A stretch of DNA of 64,000 nucleotides from Klebsormidium nitens. Taxonomy: Eukaryota; Plantae; Klebsormidiophyceae. The notes beneath the pieces were generated by a model. That model did not search any database and was not told where the DNA came from. It saw nothing but the letters and a program-made list of their open reading frames with translations. The stretch spans positions 310,001-374,000 of the forward strand of contig DF236957.1 of NCBI GenBank assembly GCA_000708835.1, written 5' to 3'. A program made the position numbers and the translations under genes. Below are positions 1-12,500 of the stretch, one piece after another; within the stretch, counting starts at the first letter, position 1, and each line of letters begins with the position of its first letter.

Positions 1-375
1 CAAGTTCCTGCTGTGAAGTTTGCAAACCAGTTTGTCTTGGATCACGAGACTTCTGCTATGAAATGGAATGAAGGGCCACCTTGCTTCATTGACATGCCCC
101 CATGATCCAGGGCCAATTGACAACTCTGTTCTTGCTGATGGTTTATGGGACTGCAGTGAGTCTTAATTTGCTCTGCCCAAGGATTTCTCTTGCGAAGAAC
201 TTTGCAGCGGCAAGGCAGGCGGTTGGCAGGTTGACCAGATCCCAAGTGTACTGAAGAAAAGAGTTTGTTTTCACATTCCTTGTGTTCCACAGCCTCTTTC
301 ACTAAGAAGGCATGGCATGACTGACTTCTCAAGTTCCATAAGTACCCGTAGACAGCCTTTACTCTGCTGCAGGGC

Positions 376-3300
376 ATGCATACAGGGGAGCTCCATGGCG
401 TCAAGTCCCATCCAGATCTTGGAGATTTGCACCACTTCAGCGCCCCAAGCGGGGAGCTTGGCAGGCTCTTAAAACCAGTGCTTTGGATCTGGGGCGGGTC
501 GAAGCACTCTGGAGTGGCGTGCATGGCTCTGTCCAGCCTGGCTTACAGTGTCATGGGCCTGGCGGTCAAACTTTTAGCAGGTGGGGCGGGACCTTCCTCT
601 TCTGCTCTTCTTTGACTGAGATTCCGTTCCTTTAATCGCCAAAATCCGTGTTTTGTCAGATTGTTTGAGGTTGAGTTCGTTGGTCAGATGTTTGCGTCCT
701 TGCAGGTCAAAAGCTAAGCAAGTAAAGTTGCACTGGCTTTGAGAGGTTGAGATGCAGAATCTGAAGCTTGGTTTTGGGATATCCATTGAGTTGGTTCAGA
801 CTTCCTTCTATTGAGGGACGTCGTACAGACAATCCGTAACAATGTCATGTATCCATGCGTATGCGCCCTTTTTGTAGGCAGAGACTCAAGCACGCATCTG
901 AATCTTCATGACGAACTCTCAGCTTTTTTCTGCAGGGGCCAAAATACCATCTTCCGAAACTGTCCTGGTCCGATGTGCAATCATTGCGCTCTTGTCAGGC
1001 TACGGGCTTCAGAAACAGAAGCACCCCCTGTTAGGCTCACCAGGGGTTCGACACCTGGTCCTAGCAAGGGCGATCATTGGCTTCTTCGCACTGTCCGCGT
1101 TCTTTTATAGGTCAGTGCCCTCAAAGCTGGTTTTCGTTGTTGGCATCAATCGCTGGCTTTTGTATGCACAGATTGTCCGACCCGTTCCGCTTGTCCTCCC
1201 CTCTGGTGGCCTTACTGCATAGAGAAGCTTATCTTAGCTAGAGGAGCAGTTGCTTCGCCAATTTGGCAAAAGCATCGACTTTCATTCCTTCTGTCATCCA
1301 TTCGTTTTGATCCGTTCGCCGAAAGCCCCCGCATGCTAGTGTACTTGGATGCTTGGAAGGTGGAAGGATTTTAATCAATGGTCGAAGACTTCGCATCAAA
1401 TATGTAAGCATTTTCCTAAGATGTACACGCACCGGACTGGACATAGTGGACCGCAGACAAGATCATATTGTTTCATATTTCGCACCTCTCTTCACGCAGT
1501 ATACAGGCCCTTCCGCTGCGCGACGCCACGGTGCTTAATTTCACGATGCCCGTAATGACGGCCATGATGGCTGCGGTCTTTCTGGGGGAGGCTTGGGGGA
1601 GCAGGGAGGTAGCGGGTAAGCTATGCGCACACTCATAAGCGTTGAGTCGTGGGATGTAAGCGAACAAGCACAGAGAAAGTTACGCTTGGTTTGCAACTTC
1701 CTCTTCAGGAAGCAAGAAGATTGAAACTGGATCAGGAAGTCTTCTGATTGGCGGCTCGTTTCGTGAACGATCTCAAGAAGATTGCGGTTGCCGACAGGGG
1801 AACCTTTTGATCATATGGCTGTGCTTGAGACGTCGAAGGATTGCAGGTACGATATGCAGCCTGGTGGGAGTACTGCTGGTGACGCAGCCAGACATTCTGT
1901 TTGGGAGTGAGTTACAACGCTTTCAATTTGACGTTCTAATTTTTGCATCTGTTTTCTTAGATCAATGGGACGCAGTCTTCGAATTATTGACTCTTACGAG
2001 AGTCCGGAACTCGCATCTCGCAACCTGCATAAAGGGAGGATCACGAGACATGACAGTTGCGTGGAGTGAGGGTTGAGGGGTTGCGTTGGACAATGACACT
2101 TCGAAAAGCGTTTCTTCGATCCAGTGTTGGAAAGTGACGTCAGATTTGGACCAATACTTGCGGGCCAAAGAGGATTCATCGATCAGAAGGACTGAATCGT
2201 GCACTTGCAACTGTAGTTCACGGTCAATAAAATGGATCGAAATTGAGATCAACAACAGTGCAGCCACCGTTCTTCAACACCGCTATCAATTCACTGCATT
2301 GTCTACCATCCGCACAGAACCGAAACTCTTACAAGGTGCGAACGAACGGAAGGGCAGCGAGGAGACGCTGGGGGTGTTTATGGCGATCGGGGGGTCTGCT
2401 TTGGGGGCAGCCTCGTACATCGTCTTGAGAGTCGTAGGGAAGACCGGAGAACCCCCGCTGTGAGGCCCCTCGACCTTTTGAAGAGCAGAAAACCACGAAG
2501 CCCTAAAACCTTCCGTTCCGAGAGTCCTAAGATTCTACGCATTTAAACTCTCGAACTGCGGCAGGCCTTTGGGAAACAGAGTTGGCTTCCCGTCGAATCA
2601 TTGGTACTTACATTAACGACACTTGAATGTAAGGTCCGGCGCAAACCCCCTTTTCCGTTGTTGACAAAGCTTGAACGTTCTCGGATGCGTAAGATGCAGG
2701 AAATGTAGGTTAGCGTGGGCGTTGGTCTGGCTCTCAGATATGGGAAAAGAGTCGCATTTGCGATCCGCTGAAGTTACTGCTCGCAACCTCGCAGAGTATG
2801 CGTCTTTGCGTTTGCGGCCTTCTCCGCCCCGATGGCAGCCGTGGGTATGCTTTTCCAGGTGGGAGACGGCCGCTTTCCCCTGCCGATGAATCGTTCCTCC
2901 ACTTATAAGTCTTCTCCTCGAGAGGTCGTCAATTACAAAGATTCGTTCGAACGGTCGTCCCTCAAAGGTGTTCCTGGATTCGAGTCACCTTGACATTGGT
3001 GCGGGATCTGATTTTTGGGTGACTCAGCTCCTGTAAGCCGCTTACATCTGCTGCGAACAATTATCTGGACGCGTCTTAAGGGCTGATCAGTTGCGCGGTT
3101 GCTACCGGCAGATTCTAGATTAAAGATTATTTCGCTAGTCGTTCAAGAGCCTGGGCTCCTGCTCTTTAGCTGCCCGTCATGTGCTGCAAGAGGAGCAAGC
3201 GTGCGTTGCTTACAGAAAGGCAGCCGATAAAATCGCCGTCCTCCTTAGGTCTGGCAAGTCGCGTTTGAAGTGTCAGCTTCATGCTCACGCTCCCCATAGC

Positions 3301-4380
3301 AGCCGGATGACATGCCTTTGAAGTTCCAAGTGCTGGCTCAGCAGGTGTGGAAGCCGTTTCGCCATTCTGACTGGGTTTTTGTATTGCTCTGATCAGACTT
3401 TCTCCGCTTCGTGCAGCCCTTCGCGGTACCTTCTGCTTGGGAGTGGTTCGAGTTGGTAGTCGTGGGCCTCAGCGCTTTCGCTGCACAGGCAAGCTGACGT
3501 TTTGGTTACCCCGCAATGACCTCACTATCTTGACTACGAAGGCAGGCTTGAGACGACAGAATCCAAGAAGCTGACGCATGTCTCTTGAATGAACGCGGTC
3601 AGCTCACATTCCTCAAGAAGATCAGGCCTGAAACGGTTGAGCTCTTTCACGGGATTTACAATAGGTTGGGTTGCGGAGCGGGTAAAGTTTAAGGCTAAAT
3701 TTGCAGCGTCTTGTTATTCCTTTCATGCTTATTGTTCCTGACCAAAAGCTCATCGGATTGACCGTTCGCACCCTTCTCGCAGGTTCTGCTGAACCGGGGC
3801 CTGCAACTAGAAAAGGCGTCCAAAGCGACGGCGATACAGTACGTCAAGGTACGTCTTCAAAGCAGCGCATACTTTGATGCTCATCGTATGAAGTTGACTG
3901 AGTTGTACGGTTCGTTTCACAAAGTCATGCTTCCGTTTGACCGGAAGCATGACCCACGAGAACCGAGACGGCACGGTTCCACATGCAGATGACCCCACCG
4001 TACTTTTCGGGTGTGCTGGGGCCGCTTGTGCATTGCGTGTGTATGGGTTTTTGCAGAGCCTTTCAGTATCAAATGAATAAAGTGCTTGCTTCCAGACTCG
4101 TCCGTGGACTGGTGATTCAGCAGGGCTATGAATGCTGCTGGTTCACTGAAAGCAAGATAAACGCTCTTCAGTGATTTTTGTAACGCTTGTTTTCCAGAGT
4201 GCAATCTGCAGAGAGCAAAGGATTGGACTAAGGAACTGACTTGGATCTTTTGTACAGATCCTGGTGACGTACTTGTTCGGCGTCATCTTCCTCCACGAGG
4301 TACCGTCCTTTTTAGGTGTCGTCGGCGCTTGCCTCATCGCGGCGAGCGCTGCCTTCGTAACTCTCGGCGCAGGGCATTAG
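376..4380 (+). CDS. EamA-like drug/metabolite transporter (SLC35G-like), 9 exons, ~340 aa
   Basis: Exons 376-580, 936-1110, 1500-1615, 1847-1906, 2318-2459, 2795-2858, 3417-3488, 3783-3848, 4258-4380 join in phase. Translation has two EamA-like hydrophobic halves (LWIWGGSKHSGVACMALSS; IQALPLRDATVLNFTMPVMTAMMAAVFLGE; LLNRGLQLEKASKATAIQYVKILVTYLFGVIFLHE). Intron 7 has a GC donor. Start codon uncertain: a CAG at 370-372 could be the acceptor for an upstream exon. Confidence 0.9.
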
Positions 4381-6504
4381 CTCGGGGTATCTTATTGAAA
4401 AACGTGAAAATCCGGGGATTGGTGGGAAGTAGCGACGAGAGAAGTTGTTACTTTTGGACTTCACTGCACGCAAAGTCTTGCTTTGGGAGGTACACTGCTT
4501 TTGTAAGATAGATTGAGTTCCGTTGGACAAGCTTGCTGGAATAGTGAGAGAGCCACAGACATCAGGTAATTAAGTCGATGAATGTGCAAGACATACAGCT
4601 CCAAACCTGCCAGTGGGTTTCACGTGCTCCGAGCATGATTCCTGATCTTGGACCGTCTGATCGCGACAAGGAAGGCATCGAACGGCTCAAGATCGAGAAC
4701 CATGCTCGGAGAAACTGGAACCCCAGTGCAGATCTGATGCAAACAGCCGCAACGCCGATAAGCCCAGCCGCGCCGATCGGAAGAAGCGGCCGGCCTCCAA
4801 AAGCAAAGTCGGAGGTATGGCATCAATTGTCGTTTTCAGAAACGCCAAACGCCTATGATCTGGGTCCTATGCAGCATGCAGCAGAGCCAATGCAAAGTTT
4901 GTGATTGTCAAGTCTAGGCGAAATCAGTGCCAGCTGTCACTGACATCCCAGAGTGCGCGAATGATCGGTTTCCTTTTGCCCCTGCGCAAAAATGTACGTG
5001 CCCCTATTCATTGAACGACAGGATGTCCGACTCTTGACACACTAGCGCGTCCGCCTGCCATGTATGCTTCAATTCAAGGCATTGAGAATATGCCATTTCA
5101 ATCACGCGCGCTGGTGACTCACAGCTAACTCTTAATTGGACGGACTCAGATGCGTTCGCAGTTTTAGCACTCATACGATCCATGCGCTTGCAATCAGTTT
5201 TAGGACTCGACCCGGCCGGGTTACTATATACTCATGAGAAAAACTTGAAGCAAACCTGGCGGGCCTCAACTTTAGCAGCGGCGGATGCATGGCTGCTTGG
5301 ATCGATCTGCAACCGTACGTCCTTGATTTGAAACAGATCAGACATGACTACGGATGCGCCATGACAAACAACATGGCCTCGCATGTTGGCTATTTATAGC
5401 AAATTGCATGAAACAACATTTCCGGCATGAGGTCGATTAATCTTGCAAGCTAATCACTCGCTGGACGGTCGATGATGGATTAAATCGTGTTAGCGCACAC
5501 TACCTAACCGTGATCGAGTACATATCGTACACGGACGGCTAAGTGAACTTACAGACGCAATCACCAATTTACTTGCATGATTTTTCTCTTGGTATGCAAG
5601 TATTCATTGTACTAAAGGACAGCTAAAAGGACTCAATCCCCTCTGCAGATAAGAAACTGTCACACGAGTACCTTGCCGCACTGCAGATTCGTGAAGAATG
5701 CGTCCACTGCTGATTGTAGTCGATGACAGATTTTAACAATTGAAACTGGCGTGTCAGTGAGGACTTCTGAATGTTTATCCGCCCCCAAACTTTGCAAAAG
5801 GGAATTTGATTGTCCAGAAATGCATCTCTAGGTTGAAACAATCTGGAATAGTCTACGAAAGATCAAGTATGCGCGCGCTTTCCTATCCTTACAAACTCGA
5901 AATTCGTCTCGAAACAAATGTGGCTAGCTAGCGTCCTACTTCCTACCGCAGTATGCTCGTACTACAGACTCTCACCGTCGTCAAATCCACACCCTCCACT
6001 CTTTGCCGTTAAGGAAACAATCCTCGTCCGGGGCACATCGTCCGTGCTCATTTACAACTCTTTGGTCCCTCAATTATCGCTTTCTTCCGTTAGGGTCAGA
6101 TTTCCGATCCCTGCGCTCAAACTATGTACTGAGGCGACTCGCCTACATTCAACTCGTGTCATTATCATCTCTTTCACGACTTTCCTTCCAAGCAGCCTCT
6201 TAACACGAAGCTTTTCTCGCAAATCTAAGCGACCAAACTAAATTTCTCCCTCGGGCAACCGCTGTGGATCTTATTCCGTATGTACACAATAGATCCAACA
6301 CTCAAGCTGAACCAAAGTCGACTTTTCGTAGACTTTTCTGTTCGCGTTCCAAATCCTCTGTTGCCTTTGCCCCATGACAAGTCAAACATCGCCAGATTTG
6401 ATGTGCGCCCCGATCCTTCTCATCCAACTTCGCATGCATCCAACGTTCGACAATTGGCACCCCCCCCGCGCAACAAATTACCCCTGTGAACCGAATCCCC
6501 CTTT

Positions 6505-9500
6505 TCACGACGTCGATGCATCACTCAGCAGCACAAGATTCCGATACGCGCCCCCCTCCTTCTCCTCTAACTCCGCATGCGTTCCCTGCTCCACGATTCG
6601 CCCCCCTTTGACCACCATGATTTTGTGCGCGTTCCGAATGGTCGTGAGCCGGTGCGCGATCACGATCGTGGTGCGCCCTTTCATGATGCGGTTCAGCGCT
6701 TCTTGGACCAACCGCTCCGACTCGGCGTCCAGCGCACTGGTCGCCTCATCGAGCAGCAAACTGCGCAAAAGAAGAAGAGAGAATTAGCACTTTCGGCGAC
6801 CAGAGTAAGTGGAAAACCTTTCTCAATCAGCGCGTTTTGGAACAGGCGCTCCAACTCGGCGTCCAGCGCGTTGGTCGCCACATCGAGCAACAATCTGCGG
6901 TGAACAAAGGGGGAGAAGCACGTATTTCGGGCGACCAAAACGGTTCGATACAGGTTTACGTGTAGGATCGTTCACTGGCAAATCTTCAGTGCCTCTTGAC
7001 CGGGCCGTCCGACTCGGCGTAAAGCGCTGATCGGCTCGTCCAGCAGCGTCTGTAGCAGAACTTACTGGGCAGCCGACGGGTACTAGAGACTTCTATCGAG
7101 TTTCGCATGGTATCGCCTCGTCGCACTACTTTTACGTTAAAATATGATCTTGAGGACAAAGGGCTCGGGGCCATGTGAAGGTGTGAAATCTTTCAGAGCG
7201 GAGCGTTTTGCGAAGGCATCGCCGCATCAAAGGCACATATATTCTGGACTTTGTGGCTAAGGGAATGCACAATGATTGTTGAAACCATGAAAATCCAAGG
7301 CTTTCAATGTGTTTCAAGCATCGTCCAAGGTTGAATCGAGCTGAAAGAGTATGAAAAAGTGCCGCTCACATGCGCGGGTCCTTGAGCATGGCCCGTGCGA
7401 TGGCGACCCGCTGCTTCTGACCGCCGGACAGCTGGACGCCGCGCTCGCCCACCTGCAAAAATTTCGATCTGTTAGGTCTCTGGTAAAACTCATTACTCTC
7501 AGACTTCAATTCTCCCTTCTCACTATTTGAGATCAATTTTCCCTTCTCACTATTCTCAAATCCTCTGAACCAGAACATCAGCCCAGGCGAAGTTGTCTTT
7601 CTCAAGGTACTCTTCATAAACCCAACTCTCGCTCCTACGAGATCCTGACTAAAACCCAAGGAACACCTTCGTGCGAAACCAGAGACGAAGCTCGATCAGA
7701 TCTCCCCCCTAGCTCGCGGAGTGAATTCCTGGTACCAAGAAAGGAAAGTTGAAAACCATCTCAAGGACATTGAGGACACACAGACCGAAACATGTACCAA
7801 CCTGCGTATCCAGCCCCTGCGGCAGCGCGCTGATGAAGCCCCACGCGTTGGCCGCGCGCGCGGCTGCCTCGATCTCCTCATCGGTGGCGCGGTCTTTTCC
7901 GTACGTAATGTTGTCGCGAATGGACAGCGCGAAGAGGTTCGGCTCCTGGCTCACCAGGCCCATGTTCTGGCGGAGGGACTTGAGCTGTAGAAGACAAGTT
8001 TTGAGCGGTTAGTAGTGGCAACTCGCGGATCTTTAGTAATCAGTACGCGATGTTGCAGCACATCGACAGAAACATCGATTTTCATTTTCCCAATCATCAG
8101 GCCATGATCTGTTGGAGCGACCTGAGCTGTAGGCAAGCAGAAGATAGCAATTGCTAAGGGATCACTTCAAATCGTTGGTGAGCAGTCCTTGCCGGGGCTG
8201 CTGTCGTCGTGGATCAAGCGCACGACAAGCTTCCCTGTGACGAGACGCAAAATTTGACGGACAACTCGACCTTTCAAAGGAGACGGGTTAAACCGTCAAA
8301 CTAGAAACATCTTGGTGTAAATGAGGCCTTCCCATACCCTCAGCGCAGAAGCCGCTACTACATAGACAAAGGCAGCGCCGCAATTAGAATGGAATCCGGG
8401 CGGTCAAAAGGTGAATGTAAGTCGAAGACGCTCGCCACTTTGACAAAAGTCTGGCCACCAGTCGTAACGCGCGTTCAATGAGTGTCAGAGTTGAAACTAT
8501 CTGGCGAACCCACTTCCGGCACTAGGCAGCTGCAAACTCGTTCGCATATCCCCGATACATCACCGAACCCAGCATAAACCCTGAACCCAGCATAAGCTTT
8601 GTCAATATGCCCTAGAACGGCGCATAACAAAAAGCTCCTCACCTGATACTTCCTAACGTCCAAGCCGTCGATCATGACGGTCCCGCCTTGCGGATCGTAG
8701 AAGCGCTCCACGAGAGAGATAACCGTCGACTTGCCGGAGCCGCTCTCGCCCACCAGAGCGACTGTCTGCCCAGGGGACACGTCGAACGTCATCTTGTTGA
8801 AAACCTGGACGTGGGGGCGGGACGGGTACGCGAAGTCGACGTCCCTGCAATAACAGATGTAAATCAAAGGAGCAGGCGCGAGAAAATAACCGAGACGATT
8901 CAAAGACATTGCGATTGAAAAAGGAAAAACGAGAGTCGTCCATTTAGGACTATCTAGCCGGGGGGGCGAAAAGGAAACGCGAGGTGTCCGTCTCTGCAGG
9001 AACGAGAGTCTATCCGGTGTTCCTCCTCAGAAACCCTTTTGAACAACAGTACGAACATCTTGTACTTGGCGACAGACAAGCTTGAATGTGCGCGGTACCG
9101 TTGAATGTGACGTGAAGACAAGCCGGGAAGATGTCAGAATCGACTCCTCGCTCTTCTCAACCGTATCAGGATACGCTCGAACGTGTCGAAAATTGACGTG
9201 TCATTTGTTTGTTTCCGCGACTCGATTTTCAGTTTATCTTGAGATATGGATGGAAAAATGAGTTTCAGTTTTCAATTGCCTCCCATTTCAGGTAAAGGCA
9301 GTAATTCTTTCCAAGCCTTCAACCTTGTTATCCCTGCTGTCACGTGTCTAACCTCGGAATCGCTGTAGAACCGGGATCCAGAACCCAGGCACCCTCAAAT
9401 CCTGAAGCTCTATAGGAGCACGGACCCGTTGACCTTTACCTGAAGGCGATGCTCCCCTCCAGCCGCTCCACCTTCTTCCCGCTGACGTCATCCGCGTCCA

Positions 9501-12500
9501 CGGCGGGCTTGCGGTCCAGCACCGCGAAGATCGACTGCACGGCGGCCTTCGCCTTGCCGATGTCGGGCGCCATCGCGGTGCCCTGCGCGACGCCCTGCGC
9601 GCTCAGCGCAATCGCGAAGAACACCTGCGAGGTTTAAAGGAGGGTGTGAGATGGTTTTGAAACGTTTTTGAGAAGGTTTCGAAACCGCCATTCACTTGTA
9701 CGTGACGATCGGCGTGCTGTAGTGATCAAACGAGACACCGCGCTGCCCTGTGCGATCAAGAAGAAGACCTGCGGAGCGCTCACAAGCTGTAAAGTGATTC
9801 AAAATAATTTTAGCGTCCATTATTGTCAGCAAACAACGAGGATGGACTAGGCCGAATCGTGTGAATTGCTCACTGGGAAGACATTCTCGAAGGTGGTGGT
9901 TCCGTCCACGGCGGGTGGCCTTACATGTCAAATGCTGAATCTCTAAGAGCGGTTTGAGAGGCGGAAGGAAATGTTTTGGAATCGCTCACTTGGAAAAACA
10001 GTCTGAAAGCGGTGCATCCGTCCTAACCAGTGTCGCCCCGTACCAGAGGTTCGAATCTTGACACAGCGTTTGAAAAAGCGGATCAGCCTAGATGTAGATA
10101 TGAGAAGTAAAGAGCGCTCACTTGGAAAACGTTCTGGAAGGTGGTGCTTCCGTCCCTAACCAGAGTTCCCCCGTACCAAAAGGCCAGACTGTAGACAGCG
10201 TATGACACAAACTGGTTGAAGCCCAAAGCCGCGCCGTTAATCTGGGACCTTTTCACACCCTCCTTCTGCGGCCCCGCCGTCTGCAGACAAAACGGACATC
10301 GTCACTGTGCATATGGGGTTCTGGCTTGACTGTCGCAGAGAAGGAAACAGTTGTCGAAGTTGGGGAGGCACTTTGCCCAAATATGCCCTTTCAGCGTCTG
10401 CGCAACACCAAGCGCTGAATATTGGCATAGCTACATTTAACGACAAGATATTACCTTCGATCCAAGACGCGCATAGCTTGGAATTTTCAGTCATTTGACT
10501 TCCCCTCAACCGGGACAGAGCAGCACCTGACCGCACCAACCATTCTTGAAGCTTCGTCCTTCATGATTTTGAACTGTGCGACATCAGTCGCGGCAACCTG
10601 GCGGAGCAGAAGCACGCCATCACAACCGTCCACGTGGACAATCGGACGGGCGAGATTGGCTCACCCGCGCGTCGTAGAGGTCCATGACGTGCTGCTCCGC
10701 GCCGAAGGCGGCGACCGTACGGATGTTTCCCGTCGCGTCGTTTGCCACCTGGCTAGCGCCCTCGTACATAACCTTGGCTTTCTGAGAGGAGCCCTTCAAG
10801 ATGTAGATCTGCAAGAACAACAAAGGTGGTTTTGGCGAAGAATCGCGGAGAACTTGCTCTGCTTATAGGATGTGTTAATTGAGGACTTGCTACGTGCAGT
10901 CGGATCATCCACTGAAGTTCGCAAACACACACTCATAACCCGACAACGGACCTCAGACTCGCGGACAGCACGTGGCCTAAACTTTCTGAATAAACAGTAG
11001 CGCAAAATCAGAGAAATAGCAAGAAAACTTGGCCGCCAAAACTCTTCCTGTCAGAAGCGCAGTGATCATTTCCAAGTGAAACGATGTGCGCTGTTTTTTG
11101 CCGGGCTGACACGGCGCCCTCGCAGCCCTAGCCTTTTCAGCAAAACTGTGAGACAAGGTATCCAACAGGGAATCGGAGCAAAACATACATTGCCGGTCAG
11201 GCACGGAACATGCGTTCGTGGGCCGAAACGGAAGACGAAAAAACTCCGATAATGGCCCTCGAGTTGATCGGCAGGGGGCTTTCAATCATCAGTCGATTTC
11301 AACCCTCAGAAGGGCAACATATACGCACCTGGCAGTAGCCCGACAGGATCAGGAGCGGCATGACCGAGAGCACGACAAGCGTCAGCTTCCAGTTGGCCAG
11401 GAACGCGATGACGAAACCAATGATGAGCGTGATGCCATTCTGCGTCAGAAGCGCCAGCTGGTCGCCCACGATGCCCTTCACCCCGGACGCGTCGTTCTCG
11501 AGGCGGGAGCCGACCGCGCCTGTGGAATTCTTTTCGTCGTCGAACCTGGGGAGGGAAAGCGTACGCGAGTGAGCTTCGACGGACAAGTATTGGCAACGGT
11601 TGGGGGAATTTGACGTCGTCGGACCTGGGCTGGAACGGACAGGGAAAAGCTTCGACAAATGAGTGAAACGACGACAGCTTGTCGCTTACAAGTTCTTCCC
11701 TACATGCGTCGCCATTGAGTTCTCGTTGTCGGCAGACCTCGACAATGAGACACTAGAACCTGAAGGAGGGGTTAAATACAGCAGTCCATCTGTTTCGTAT
11801 GAAACCTACTGAAACCTCTTCCAAATACCCCGAGAATCGAAAACAATGATGCTCCTCCAAAAACCAAATGGGCGGCACAACGGGGAGGGGAAGAAACAAG
11901 ACTCCCGAAAAAAAATGAAAGACCAGCGCAAGCGCAAGCTCACCACGCAACGTCCTGGCGCAGCACCGCCTTGAACGTCAGGTGGCGCACCCGCCGGATC
12001 AGCCGCTCGCCCATGACACCGAACAGCGCGTATTGCAAATTCAGCAACACGAAGCTGAGAATTGCGAGCATGAGAAACATGCCCGCCCAGAAGTCCGCCT
12101 TCTTCTTCATCGCGCTTAGGTCCGGGTTGTAGAACACGTTGATGATGCGCGAGAGGAGCAGCGCAAAAATGGGCATGATCGCGCCGTTGCAGCCGGTGAC
12201 AATGACGCCAGCAAGCGCGATGAGCCACTCGGGTCGGGCGAGCCGCGCGAGGCGGCCAAGCGGGATGCTCGGAGCCTGCGGAAAACGGGGGGAGTGGTGT
12301 AAATTTCTAGAGGGGCACTGTTCAAAAGCCATACAACACGCACACAACTCGTCTCACGTGACCAAGACTTCGATCTTAACGAGCACAAACTCAAGCGGAG
12401 TAGGATTACTATATCTTGATTACATCAGAATACAATGGGCGCCTTTCCCTGACCGAGCGTTCCTGCAAAAGTTCGCTACCCTTAACCAGAGAGTGACCAG

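Noticed and set aside
42-524. 160-aa minus ORF at the window start
   Set aside because: No recognisable family, and it overlaps EamA exon 1 in antisense.
4578-4904. ORF containing GRPPKAKSEVW, reminiscent of the start of a BED finger
   Set aside because: No following CxxC/HxxxxH and no transposase downstream.
5000-5600. Palindrome-rich non-coding tracts (also 49250-49520 and 52480-52950) as transposons
   Set aside because: No termini, TSDs or convincing similarity to other copies were found.
9287-9450. Inverted 12-nt match TTCAGGTAAAGG to the exon-15 donor
   Set aside because: Too short to distinguish from chance.
10000-10075. GGTTCGAATC resembling a tRNA T-loop
   Set aside because: No cloverleaf can be folded, and the segment is part of the exon-14 donor echo.
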